In this document: positions 1 to 8,127 of the stretch, piece by piece | How the letters are laid out: each line of letters starts with the position of its first letter | Numbering within the stretch: the first letter of the stretch is position 1 | Source: a candidate division WOR-3 bacterium | GTDB taxonomy: Bacteria; Hydrothermota; Hydrothermia; JBDRYB01 | NCBI GenBank assembly: GCA_039803205.1 | Contig: JBDRYB010000029.1 | Location: 1-21,334 of the forward strand | DNA length: 21,334 nt | Direction of reading: 5' to 3' | Position numbers and translations under genes: made by a program | The notes under the pieces: model-generated | Told to the model about the DNA's origin: nothing | Database searches by the model: none | The model's input: the letters and a program-made list of their open reading frames with translations, nothing else

Positions 1-14
1 ATCGTGATGTTCAT
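1..14 (-). CDS. 5' end of a minus-strand gene running off the window (MNIT...; alternative start at 21 gives MAHEHHD...)
   Basis: Minus strand reads AAGGAG-N7-ATG(14..12). A -10-like TAGAAT lies at 77..72. Only a few codons are visible, so the product is unknown. Confidence 0.35.
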
Positions 15-143
15 GGGCCATCTCCTTTCATCTTTCCATTTTTTCCATACCTCTCAGAGGAGGTGGCCCATATTCTAATCCAAAGGCCGAATCCGGGCCA
101 GCTGTGCCCGGAAAACCGGACTGAACCGAGCGAACGCGGCGAG

Positions 144-198
144 TTGTTTTTTCTCCGTGGCCTGGTGTATAATTTGCGAGTGAATCTTGTTAGGAGGT
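144..198 (+). promoter_or_regulatory. sigma70-like promoter TTGTTT-N18-TATAAT plus RBS AGGAGGT for the gene at 206
   Basis: TTGTTT 144-149, TATAAT 168-173, AGGAGGT 192-198, ATG 206. Confidence 0.7.
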
Positions 199-205
199 TT
201 GTATC

Positions 206-1204
206 ATGCTAACATCAACACTAGCAGTATTGTTGGGCATAGTGCCCAACACAGCGGGATATGCTCCTGAGTATCATGGTGGCTCGGGAGTGAATCTGCC
301 CCAGGTCCACGAGTATAATGTGCCATATGTTCCGGCCACCGCACCGACCATAGATGGCATCATAAACGCAGGCGAGTGGGACCCAGCCGCCCCCCTCTAC
401 ATAGGCGATGTGTATGGCTCTGATGGCTACCCGAATGACTCTGCCGACTGCATCTTCTATGCCCTGCACGATGAGAGCTATCTCTACATGGCTTGGGACT
501 GCCCTAAAGATGTCAACATAAGCGACCACTCCCAGCCCTCGCCCTGCGTGGAGGACAACAACAACGGCGTCTATGAGGCAAATGGCTCAGAGGGCCTGAA
601 CGGCATAGGCACATCAAACGGCTGGTATACCGCGATGGTCTATCCCGACTTCACCTGGTCCGGCTGGTATCCATCCGGAAACTCCATGTTTGCCTTCAGC
701 AACTCAACCGGCCATGTGGTGATGGAGTGCGCGATGCCCCTGGTGAACCACGGCTCTGATAATATGCCTGACAGGCTCGGGGTAAGCGGAACCTGGCCCG
801 ATACCACTGGGGCCCACCTCTACTGGTATGACCAGAGTGAGCCAGGAAACATAATAGCCTACTGGCCGTGGGATGTTGCTTTGTGGTATGACCCAGCGAC
901 ATGGGGAGACCTCATCCTTCTGCCAGCCGGGGCCGTCAACGAGATGCCGAAGCTCGTCGCGTCCGTGACCGCTCCCTCAGTGGCTAAGGGCGGGTTCTCC
1001 GTGAGCATGAGCCTTCCGACCGAGGCTGATGTGGAGCTCGCGATATACGACGCTGGCGGAAGGCTCATCTCCGTGATGGCTGAGGGCAAGCTCACGGCTG
1101 GCTCATACAGCTACAGCGCGAGGGTCTCAGAGAGCGGAGTCTATGTCCTCAGGGCTAAGATAGGGGATAGGGAGTTCTCTCAGAAGGTGACGGTAATAAG
1201 GTAA
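206..1204 (+). CDS. Secreted protein with CBM9/DOMON-like sugar-binding domain and T9SS type A-like C-terminal sorting domain
   Basis: Hydrophobic N-terminus. APTIDGIINAGEW matches the PxIDGxxxxxEW start of CBM9-like domains. The C-terminal ~80 aa carry AVNE linker, IYDAGGR, GVYVLR and a KVTVIR terminus. Strong RBS. Confidence 0.75.
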   Translation: MLTSTLAVLLGIVPNTAGYAPEYHGGSGVNLPQVHEYNVPYVPATAPTIDGIINAGEWDPAAPLYIGDVYGSDGYPNDSADCIFYALHDESYLYMAWDCPKDVNISDHSQPSPCVEDNNNGVYEANGSEGLNGIGTSNGWYTAMVYPDFTWSGWYPSGNSMFAFSNSTGHVVMECAMPLVNHGSDNMPDRLGVSGTWPDTTGAHLYWYDQSEPGNIIAYWPWDVALWYDPATWGDLILLPAGAVNEMPKLVASVTAPSVAKGGFSVSMSLPTEADVELAIYDAGGRLISVMAEGKLTAGSYSYSARVSESGVYVLRAKIGDREFSQKVTVIR

Positions 1205-1225
1205 ATCTCTAACCAGGAAAACCTT

Positions 1226-1255
1226 GCCCCGGCACGCGTGCCGGGGCTTTTGTTT
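1226..1255 (+). terminator. Intrinsic terminator
   Basis: Perfect 22-nt palindrome GCCCCGGCACGCGTGCCGGGGC (1226-1247) followed by TTTTGTTT, about 20 nt after the stop codon. Confidence 0.85.
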
Positions 1256-1283
1256 GATCCAGCTAAGGCCAAGACCCCATAAT
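1254..1283 (+). promoter_or_regulatory. Promoter TTGATC-N18-CATAAT, probably giving a leaderless transcript
   Basis: TTGATC 1254-1259, CATAAT 1278-1283, GTG at 1289 and ATG at 1295, no SD. Confidence 0.55.
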
Positions 1284-1288
1284 ATAGC

Positions 1289-2137
1289 GTGAACATGAGA
1301 GAAATCTCCTTGACGATCGCAGCTCTTTCCTTTGGTTTGCCGGCCAAGGCCGCGGCCCAAGATCTTCCCCTCACCGATTCCTTGCACTGGGACAATGGAG
1401 CCTGGAAGTGGGCAATAGGTAGCACCGACAACAGGATGGTCTGGGCTGTGAGGTTCACTATCCCCGGATACTACCAGGGCTGGACCGTTCTCAGGGGAGG
1501 AGTTCACATGTATGGCCCTCCCCCTTTCCCCAATCCTGGGTCAATGCGGCTCTACAAGGGAACCGCAACCGAGCCGGGTTATCCGGGCCCGCCCATAGCT
1601 GAGCATCAGATGGCTAACGATTCCGGATGGCAGGCTGTTGATTTTTCCTCTGATGGGGTCACCCTTAACGCCGGTGATGAGCTCTGGCTCGTCTGCATTC
1701 AGGAACACTCCGGGAGCGGACAACTGCCAGCGTCCGCTGATACCGGCCCTGATGTTCCGGGCTACAGCGATTGGTTCTATTACTCCGGAGATAGCACCTG
1801 GATGGAGCTGGGGAGCCTGGGCTTCCATGCCAGCTGGATGATGTATGTTATCATTTACGGGACAAGCGTGGAAGAGGGCGGAGCTGGGCCAGCATTTGAC
1901 CTTTCTGTTTATAGTCCCTGTCGGGGCCAAGCCAGCATCCTATACTCACTCCCAGCTTCAGGTCTGACGACCCTGAGCGTCTACGATATGTGCGGAAGGC
2001 CAGTGGCAGTTCCCGTGAATGGAAACATGGGCCGAGGAAGGTATTGCATCGCCCTCAGAGGCCTTTCCCCAGGCTTATACATCGTGAGCCTGAGGCAAGG
2101 AGGTCGCGCCATCTCAAGGACCCTGATGATCTACTGA
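1289..2137 (+). CDS. Secreted beta-sandwich protein with T9SS type A-like C-terminal domain
   Basis: Signal peptide (ISLTIAALSFGLPAKAAA), Trp/Gly-rich beta domain, SVEE linker, VYDMCGR, PGLYIV and RTLMIY terminus. The start may be 1295. Confidence 0.75.
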   Translation: MNMREISLTIAALSFGLPAKAAAQDLPLTDSLHWDNGAWKWAIGSTDNRMVWAVRFTIPGYYQGWTVLRGGVHMYGPPPFPNPGSMRLYKGTATEPGYPGPPIAEHQMANDSGWQAVDFSSDGVTLNAGDELWLVCIQEHSGSGQLPASADTGPDVPGYSDWFYYSGDSTWMELGSLGFHASWMMYVIIYGTSVEEGGAGPAFDLSVYSPCRGQASILYSLPASGLTTLSVYDMCGRPVAVPVNGNMGRGRYCIALRGLSPGLYIVSLRQGGRAISRTLMIY

Positions 2138-3766
2138 TTATCTCTGTATAAGGGTCTTGCCATAGAACTCACAGGACTGCCAGATGTAAACCCCTGAAGG
2201 CACTTCAAATCTCAGATCGCGCTCAAGCGGCTTTTGGGCGACCAACCTGCCATCAGCACCATACAGTTTTATCGGCTGGCCCACCATTTCATCAGGAACC
2301 CTGAAGATCAGGAGGCCCCGATTGACGGTATTTAGGAGCTCTATTCGCCCGGAGACCGCGGGGCTTTCGTCCGTGGCGTCGTGGGCCGGCTGGAGCGTTC
2401 TGGCAAAATAGATGTCGTGATCCGTTGGGCCGTATTCGTGGCACCAGGTTATGGCAGGGGAATAGTCAGCGCCAAACAAGAATGAAGAAAGGCTTATGTT
2501 GCCCCGGTTGGCAATATCCACAGAGAAGGCCTTCTGGTTTTCTATGACTATCGTATCAGTGCCCTTTGAGGGGAACCATTTGTAGGCCTCTGTTGCGCCA
2601 TGGGCCCACGCTATCTTGAACACGCAGTTCCCGTTTCCGGCGCCAGGGTTTCCCCTGTATGTCGCGAGATAGAAATAAGAGCTCCTGGGGTTGCTCTCCG
2701 CCATCCCATCAGCCACAACGCATGGCATCCTGGAATCCAGGGTCACCTGGTCCTCAATGTAATACTCAGCAAGCAGGCTCGTGCTGTTGTCATCGGAATA
2801 GCAAAGGTATATGTCTGAGTTAGTAGAAGACTTAGCCACCTGAACAGCCCAAACAGCATATGGCCATCCAAAAGCCCTCGCTGTGCTTATCTGATGGACA
2901 TAGTAAGGTGAAAAGTTTCTCTCTAGGCTGTTCCAGGAGAGGCCGCGGTCGTATGAGACCCAGAAACACGCGATCTTTGAGGAATCAGCGAGCAGATTGC
3001 TGGGGTTTCTCTTGAACCCCACCATTAGGGCCGGATAAATGCTATCGCCTGCCCCAATGCATACCTGGCCGAGGTATCTGTTGGTATCCTCTCTCAGGGT
3101 ATAAGTTGTCCAACTCGCGCCGAGGTCCCCGGTGGCGGCTAGCTTTACGGTGTAGTAATAAGTGGCTCCAACCCTCCTGTTCTGGGACCAGGCAACGAAC
3201 GCGTAGTTGGTAGTATACCCGCGCTCCGTTGCGACTGCTGGTGAGCCGGATATGGCGTCCGAAGAGCTCTCAAGCCAACCGGACTGGAAATTCGCCAGGG
3301 TGTCAGCCTGAATATCATAGGAGGCCCAAGCGAGGTCGTAATCAGAAGCCCATTCAAACTTTACCAGAAAAGCAAGATACATCCTGTTCGCTCCCACATC
3401 TACGGCGATTGCGGGCTCAGATAGGTTCGCAAAATCCACATTTATATAGGCCTGGCGCTCCCAGGTCATACCGTCATCGGTTGACCTATATATCTCTATT
3501 GTGCTGTAGCCGCTGTTATATGAGGCAGAGGACTGGAGAACGCACCAAAGGTTCCCCGAGCCATCGGGGGCTATCTTCGGGAAAATCTCGTCATCATCGG
3601 AGGACGCGATCGCCTTTGGAGGAATCCAGCCTCCTCCAGCTAGCTCCGGGAAGAGCGCGAACTCCTTGTGTTCTGAGCGCGAGGCACCCTTGTATGGGTG
3701 GTGAACCGGGGCCGCGGCCCCGGCTGTTCCCAGAATGGCAAGTGTTAGTGCTATTTCGCTTTTCAT
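2138..3766 (-). CDS. Secreted Asp-box/BNR-repeat (sialidase-fold beta-propeller-like) protein with T9SS-like C-terminal domain
   Basis: Signal peptide. Asp-box motifs RSTDDGMTW, ATGDLGASW, VSYDRGLSW and YSDDNSTS. CTD motifs LYGADGR, SGVYIW and KTLIQR. RBS GGAGGTG precedes the ATG. Confidence 0.72.
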   Translation of the reverse strand: MKSEIALTLAILGTAGAAAPVHHPYKGASRSEHKEFALFPELAGGGWIPPKAIASSDDDEIFPKIAPDGSGNLWCVLQSSASYNSGYSTIEIYRSTDDGMTWERQAYINVDFANLSEPAIAVDVGANRMYLAFLVKFEWASDYDLAWASYDIQADTLANFQSGWLESSSDAISGSPAVATERGYTTNYAFVAWSQNRRVGATYYYTVKLAATGDLGASWTTYTLREDTNRYLGQVCIGAGDSIYPALMVGFKRNPSNLLADSSKIACFWVSYDRGLSWNSLERNFSPYYVHQISTARAFGWPYAVWAVQVAKSSTNSDIYLCYSDDNSTSLLAEYYIEDQVTLDSRMPCVVADGMAESNPRSSYFYLATYRGNPGAGNGNCVFKIAWAHGATEAYKWFPSKGTDTIVIENQKAFSVDIANRGNISLSSFLFGADYSPAITWCHEYGPTDHDIYFARTLQPAHDATDESPAVSGRIELLNTVNRGLLIFRVPDEMVGQPIKLYGADGRLVAQKPLERDLRFEVPSGVYIWQSCEFYGKTLIQR

Positions 3767-3924
3767 CTTTCACCTCCAATTTGCTTATCATCACGCCATT
3801 TACTTACTGGATATGGGCGAGACGATCAAGCCCAAAATCCATCCGGTTTTTGGCCTACGGCTATTCCTTGCTCCGGCCTGCCCTTTTCCCTGAGAATATT
3901 GGCTTTGCCGAAGGAGAGAAAAAC

Positions 3925-4764
3925 ATGATCATAGATGGGAAAGCGATAGCTGAGGAAATAAGGGCAAAGGTCTTAGCAGAGGCCCAGGCTCTCAGGGCAA
4001 AAGGGATTATCCCTTCCCTTGATGTGGTTATGGCTGGCGATGATCCGGGGTCCATCCAGTATGCGAGAAGCAAGGAGAAGACCGCGACAAAGTTGGAGAT
4101 AGAGTTCCGGTTCCACCACTTCCCGGAGGCGACGCCGGAGGAGGAGCTCATCGATTTCGTCAAGAAGCTCTCCGCTGATCCGAATGTCAAGGCCATAATG
4201 ATAGAGATGCCCCTACCGAAGCACATGGACGAGAACGCTGTCAGGATGGCGCTCAATCCGGATAAGGATGTTGACGGCCTTCATCCGGTTAACCTGGGCA
4301 AGCTCGTGTCGGGCGCGGAGGGAGGCTTTATACCGAACACACCCCTGGCCGTTCTCCGGATAATTGATCATATCGGTTTTGAACTCAAGGGAAAGCGCGG
4401 GGTGATCATCGGGAGGAGCGTGCCGGTTGGCAAGCCCCTCTTCTTCCTCATGCTTGCCAGGCACGCCACAATGACGACATGCCACACGAGAACAGTTGAT
4501 CTTCCATCAATAACGAGCCAGGCAGACATACTCGTCGCGGCCGCTGGAAAGGCGGGCCTCGTGACGAGGGACATGGTAAAGCCGGGCGCGGTTGTGATTG
4601 ATGTGGGCACCAACTTTGTGGACGGCAAGACCGTGGGGGATGTTGACTTTGAGGCGGTAAAGGATGTCGCTGGGATGATAACCCCTGTCCCCGGAGGCGT
4701 TGGCCCCGTGACAACAGCGACCCTTTTTGAGAATGTGATAGAGGCTACGAAGAGGAACTCTTAA
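3925..4764 (+). CDS. folD: Bifunctional 5,10-methylenetetrahydrofolate dehydrogenase/cyclohydrolase
   Basis: MIIDGKAIA start after AAGGAG. Motifs YxxxK, KDVDGLHPVN, GRSxxVGKP, VIDVG and ITPVPGGVGPVT. The true start is 3925, not 3229. Confidence 0.97.
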   Translation: MIIDGKAIAEEIRAKVLAEAQALRAKGIIPSLDVVMAGDDPGSIQYARSKEKTATKLEIEFRFHHFPEATPEEELIDFVKKLSADPNVKAIMIEMPLPKHMDENAVRMALNPDKDVDGLHPVNLGKLVSGAEGGFIPNTPLAVLRIIDHIGFELKGKRGVIIGRSVPVGKPLFFLMLARHATMTTCHTRTVDLPSITSQADILVAAAGKAGLVTRDMVKPGAVVIDVGTNFVDGKTVGDVDFEAVKDVAGMITPVPGGVGPVTTATLFENVIEATKRNS

Positions 4765-4815
4765 ACACAGGCCCGCGGGGGCCTTGCGCCTTCTTGCCCC
4801 AGGGGTGTGTTGGTA

Positions 4816-4845
4816 TTGATTTTGCTCTGAGCCCCGGCTTACAAT
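4816..4845 (+). promoter_or_regulatory. Promoter TTGATT-N18-TACAAT, leaderless transcript
   Basis: TTGATT 4816-4821, TACAAT 4840-4845, ATG 4854 eight nt later, no SD. Confidence 0.6.
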
Positions 4846-4853
4846 TTTGCAGT

Positions 4854-6002
4854 ATGAAGAGGTTTGTCCTTTTTGTTAGCGTTTCCGGGTTCTGCATGGC
4901 CGACGCGTTTGATGCGGGGGCCGTCATGTTCATGATATACCCAGGAGCGAGGGCAACTGGAATGGGCGGGGCTTTTACCGCTGTCTCGGATGATCCTCTC
5001 TGCCTTTACTACAACCCAGGAGGCCTTGGACTCCTGGAGAGCATGGAGTTCCACTATCAATATGCTCCTTGGCTAAGGACGCTGAGTCCGGATGCGGAAT
5101 ATGAGTGGCTGGGTATTGTGATTCCTTTGCCGAAGAACCGGGGAAACATCGGTTTTCACTACACCTACTTAACCCCTGGCGAGATTGATGTATACGATGA
5201 CACGGGGGCATACCGGGGCTCGTTCTGGCCATACGATTGGGAAGCGGGGCTTGACTATGGTGTTGGCCTCAGAAGAGATTTTTGGGAGCTGGGACTCGGA
5301 GGCGGATTCAAGTATTTCTACAGCTTCCTCGTGCCCGAATGGGTTATGAGGGAGATCCTCGGAGAAGCCGGGGGAGGAAGCGCGAGAACCTTGGCCTTTG
5401 ATCTGGGAGTCCTCAACAAGCTCCAACCCCGGTCTGTTATCGGCCCTACGCGATTTTCCGGTGGCCTCAACCTGGGTCTCGCCTTCCTGCACCTGGGCCC
5501 AAGCATAGATTATACCCCTGGCGACACATCAAAGGGTGACCCTATACCCTATACCATGAGAGTCGGCCTCGCTTTCCCCTGTAGCCTCAGGTTTTATCTG
5601 AGGGATACCTCGGTGTTTTTCGGAATAAACGGGCTTTATGCCAATGATTGGAACAAGGTTCTCGTCTATTTTGATGTTGATCTCAGGCAAAAGGGTTGGG
5701 AATACATCCTCCACGAGGGGTTTCTGAGCGAGGGCAAGGAGCTGGGGATTGAGTTTCAGGCGTTCCGGATGAGGTGCGGTGGGAGGTTCTGGACCGGGAG
5801 ATTCATTGATATTTACGGCTGGAGGATAGGCCCAACATGGGGCAAAGGGTTCTTTCTTGGAATCACCCCTTACGCTGAGATATCAATAAACGAGTTCTCA
5901 GACGACACATACATCTATGAGTTCAATTGGTGGGGCGATGCGGTGCCCAATAGGCGTTATTCGGTTCAGGCTAGATTCATGAGCCCGTGGAGGATATTCT
6001 GA
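4854..6002 (+). CDS. PorV/PorQ-family (FadL-like) outer-membrane beta-barrel protein
   Basis: Signal peptide MKRFVLFVSVSGFCMA. Family motif IYPGARATGMGGAFTAVSDDxxxxYYNPGGL. Alternating aromatic beta-strands and a terminal Phe. Confidence 0.85.
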   Translation: MKRFVLFVSVSGFCMADAFDAGAVMFMIYPGARATGMGGAFTAVSDDPLCLYYNPGGLGLLESMEFHYQYAPWLRTLSPDAEYEWLGIVIPLPKNRGNIGFHYTYLTPGEIDVYDDTGAYRGSFWPYDWEAGLDYGVGLRRDFWELGLGGGFKYFYSFLVPEWVMREILGEAGGGSARTLAFDLGVLNKLQPRSVIGPTRFSGGLNLGLAFLHLGPSIDYTPGDTSKGDPIPYTMRVGLAFPCSLRFYLRDTSVFFGINGLYANDWNKVLVYFDVDLRQKGWEYILHEGFLSEGKELGIEFQAFRMRCGGRFWTGRFIDIYGWRIGPTWGKGFFLGITPYAEISINEFSDDTYIYEFNWWGDAVPNRRYSVQARFMSPWRIF

Positions 6003-6014
6003 ACGGTTCGCCTT

Positions 6015-6026
6015 TATAATTTCCCC
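6015..6026 (+). promoter_or_regulatory. -10 box TATAAT 6 nt before the start codon (leaderless)
   Basis: TATAAT-TTCCCC-ATG(6027). The same AATTTCCCCATG context precedes buk. No clear -35. Confidence 0.55.
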
Positions 6027-6515
6027 ATGACGGGAGAGATCCTCATCTTTGCTCTGGCCGGAGGGCTCGTTTACGCGGATTCCTCATTCGGCATATCCCT
6101 TAAACTGCCTCCTGGCTGGGAGATTACATCCGAGGAGACCGAGGCCGGCATGACCTCTGTTGGGTTTGAGAGGGGTTACCTCTACGCGAGGCTAATGTTC
6201 ACGGATGTCCCTGAGGACGAGCAGGGAACCCTTTCATCAAAGGCCTGCCTTGAGGCCCTCGTTGATGAGATGTGCTACGGGGAGGAGTGGGGATACGAGA
6301 AAATAAGCGAGGGGAAGGTCAAGATCTCGGGGATCTGGGGCGCTGAGAGGACATACAGGGATTCTTCTGGGGTTGCCAGGATAATATCCGCAACCGATGG
6401 CTACAGGCTGATAGCCGTTATCTTCAACCGGGATAGCGTCCGGTCCTTTACCAAGAAGGACAAGACATACATGAGGGAGTTCCTGAAGGGGATAAAACTG
6501 CTGGATATACGCTGA
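6027..6515 (+). CDS. Exported hypothetical protein, probable PsbP/Mog1p-like fold
   Basis: Short hydrophobic N-terminus. YADSSFGISLKLPPGWE is the FsfxxPxxW motif, followed by a ISEGKVKISGIWG-type strand and a FLKGIKL C-terminal helix/strand. Confidence 0.6.
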   Translation: MTGEILIFALAGGLVYADSSFGISLKLPPGWEITSEETEAGMTSVGFERGYLYARLMFTDVPEDEQGTLSSKACLEALVDEMCYGEEWGYEKISEGKVKISGIWGAERTYRDSSGVARIISATDGYRLIAVIFNRDSVRSFTKKDKTYMREFLKGIKLLDIR

Positions 6516-6517
6516 GC

Positions 6518-8098
6518 GTGCTGGCGATCAAAAGGATGCGTTTCCTCCTCTCGCCGCCGGCGCTGTTGGTGGCTTTTCTGATGATCTGGCTAATCCTTAA
6601 CCTCTTGAGCTTGGCCTGGTGGCCGCCCTTTGACTTCAACGGGGACGAGGCATGGGTAGCTGACTACCTGATCAATCACGGCAAGGCAAAGATGATGTTG
6701 GGATGGTCTGTTAGCAAAACGGGGCTTCTCCTTCTGGATACCCCTCTTTATTTCGGATACGCTGGGCTTTTTCTCAAGATCAACAAGAGCATTTGGTTTC
6801 TGAGGCTCTCTTCGCTCCTGCCAGGCCTTCTTTCCCTACCCCTGATCTATCTCATAGCCAGGGATGAAGGTCATCGGTGGGAGGGGCTTGTAGCCGCGGT
6901 GGTTCTCGGTCTATCCGGCCCCTTTCTCTGGACATTTCATTATCTGAGATGGGAATCCCTGACTACATTTATGGGCCTCATGTCAGTCTGGCTATTCATA
7001 AGGGGAACGAGGGGCCAGGCCTTCCAGATGGGTTTGGCTGGACTTATTGCCTCGGTTGCAGTTCTCTCTCACCCCGTTGGCCTTACTTTCCCTATTGGGA
7101 TGTTCCTTTCCGGTTTCACAGCGAGGGGATGGGCCAGGAAGGCGTGGCTATGGGCCGGGCTTTTTGTTGGATCCGTTATATTTACCTCCTTGAATATCCT
7201 GCCAAACATCCCTGGTCCTCTGCTCTCCGACGCTTTCACGAGCCTCTCCTCAAGACCGGCGCTCCTCATGCTGTTTGCGGGTCCAAAGGCCATCCTCCCA
7301 ACCATACTTAAGATATTCTACAAACCCGTTATGCTCGTTGCCTCGGGCGCGGAATACGGTTCACATTTCATATCCCCGATCCTCGGTGTTCTCTCCCTCT
7401 GCTTTTTGCTGGTTGGTTCTGAGCCCAGAAAAAGCCTTACAAAGGCCCTGTGGCGGAAATCCCCCGGGTGCGTTGTGGATGATGCTTCGTCCCATAGTCC
7501 CCTTAGGTGGCTCTGGGCTTTTATTCTTCTCTCTTTTGGCCTCCTGGTCATGCGCCAGGAGCACACCAACATCCTTTTCCCCCTTGTCGTGCTTTGCGCG
7601 ACCCTTTTCCTCGGAAAAATCAAAGAGCACGGCACAAGGGCGTGGTTTTTGCTTCCCCTTCTGATCCCTGAGATGTATCTTCTCCAGGGTGAATTCCGGA
7701 GGGGAAGGGATCATTTGCTCAACAGAGAGAGAATGATTGAGACCGCAAGCGCTCTTATCCCTCCTGGTTCCAGGGTAGTTTCAAGCTCTCCAGCCCTCCT
7801 CTGGGGAGGGATTAGGGGCAACTACCAGGTTTTCAGGATGGCTGATCCGGATTACCTTTCCGGCAGAATAAGTCTCAGAGAGGCTCTCGCTAAACACAAT
7901 ATAGATTACATAGTTGTCGATCTGATGCCAGGGAGCCCCGCGAAAAGCTATTATAACATTGGGATAGCAGAGAGAGCCCTTCTATCGGATACCTCGCTTT
8001 TTGAACCCCTTGGAACCTTCCCCGGAGGCTACATGCTCTCAGCCTCAGCCGGAAAGGATAACCTCGTGGATTCTTTCGCTATCTACAGGGTTAAATAA
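6518..8098 (+). CDS. GT-C superfamily (ArnT/PMT-like, glycosyltransferase family 39) integral membrane glycosyltransferase
   Basis: DE motif (GDEAW) after the first TM helix, PLY motif, RLSSLLPG, about 10-12 TM segments and a soluble C-terminal domain (IDYIVVD). The start could be ATG 6536. Confidence 0.75.
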   Translation: MLAIKRMRFLLSPPALLVAFLMIWLILNLLSLAWWPPFDFNGDEAWVADYLINHGKAKMMLGWSVSKTGLLLLDTPLYFGYAGLFLKINKSIWFLRLSSLLPGLLSLPLIYLIARDEGHRWEGLVAAVVLGLSGPFLWTFHYLRWESLTTFMGLMSVWLFIRGTRGQAFQMGLAGLIASVAVLSHPVGLTFPIGMFLSGFTARGWARKAWLWAGLFVGSVIFTSLNILPNIPGPLLSDAFTSLSSRPALLMLFAGPKAILPTILKIFYKPVMLVASGAEYGSHFISPILGVLSLCFLLVGSEPRKSLTKALWRKSPGCVVDDASSHSPLRWLWAFILLSFGLLVMRQEHTNILFPLVVLCATLFLGKIKEHGTRAWFLLPLLIPEMYLLQGEFRRGRDHLLNRERMIETASALIPPGSRVVSSSPALLWGGIRGNYQVFRMADPDYLSGRISLREALAKHNIDYIVVDLMPGSPAKSYYNIGIAERALLSDTSLFEPLGTFPGGYMLSASAGKDNLVDSFAIYRVK

Positions 8099-8127
8099 TT
8101 GAAAGCCGGCCTTCTTGTCTCAGCTCA

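Noticed and set aside
28..30. In-frame TGA between MEKMER and KEMAHEHHD as selenocysteine or recoding
   Set aside because: TGA is an ordinary stop in several genes here (2137, 6002, 6515, 16091), and no redox motif or SECIS can be assessed at the window edge.
3229..3924. 232-aa N-terminal extension of the folD ORF
   Set aside because: It is mostly the antisense shadow of the 2138-3766 gene, is Arg/Ser/Pro-rich, and FolD has its own promoter, RBS and canonical start at 3925.
4769..4811. Short GC hairpins after folD as a terminator or riboswitch
   Set aside because: Stems are only 4-6 bp with no good U-tract, and no recognisable riboswitch consensus.
7418..7507. Hydrophilic ~30-aa loop in the glycosyltransferase as a possible inserted element
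   Set aside because: No terminal repeats, duplication or intein motifs. It is most simply a variable cytoplasmic loop.
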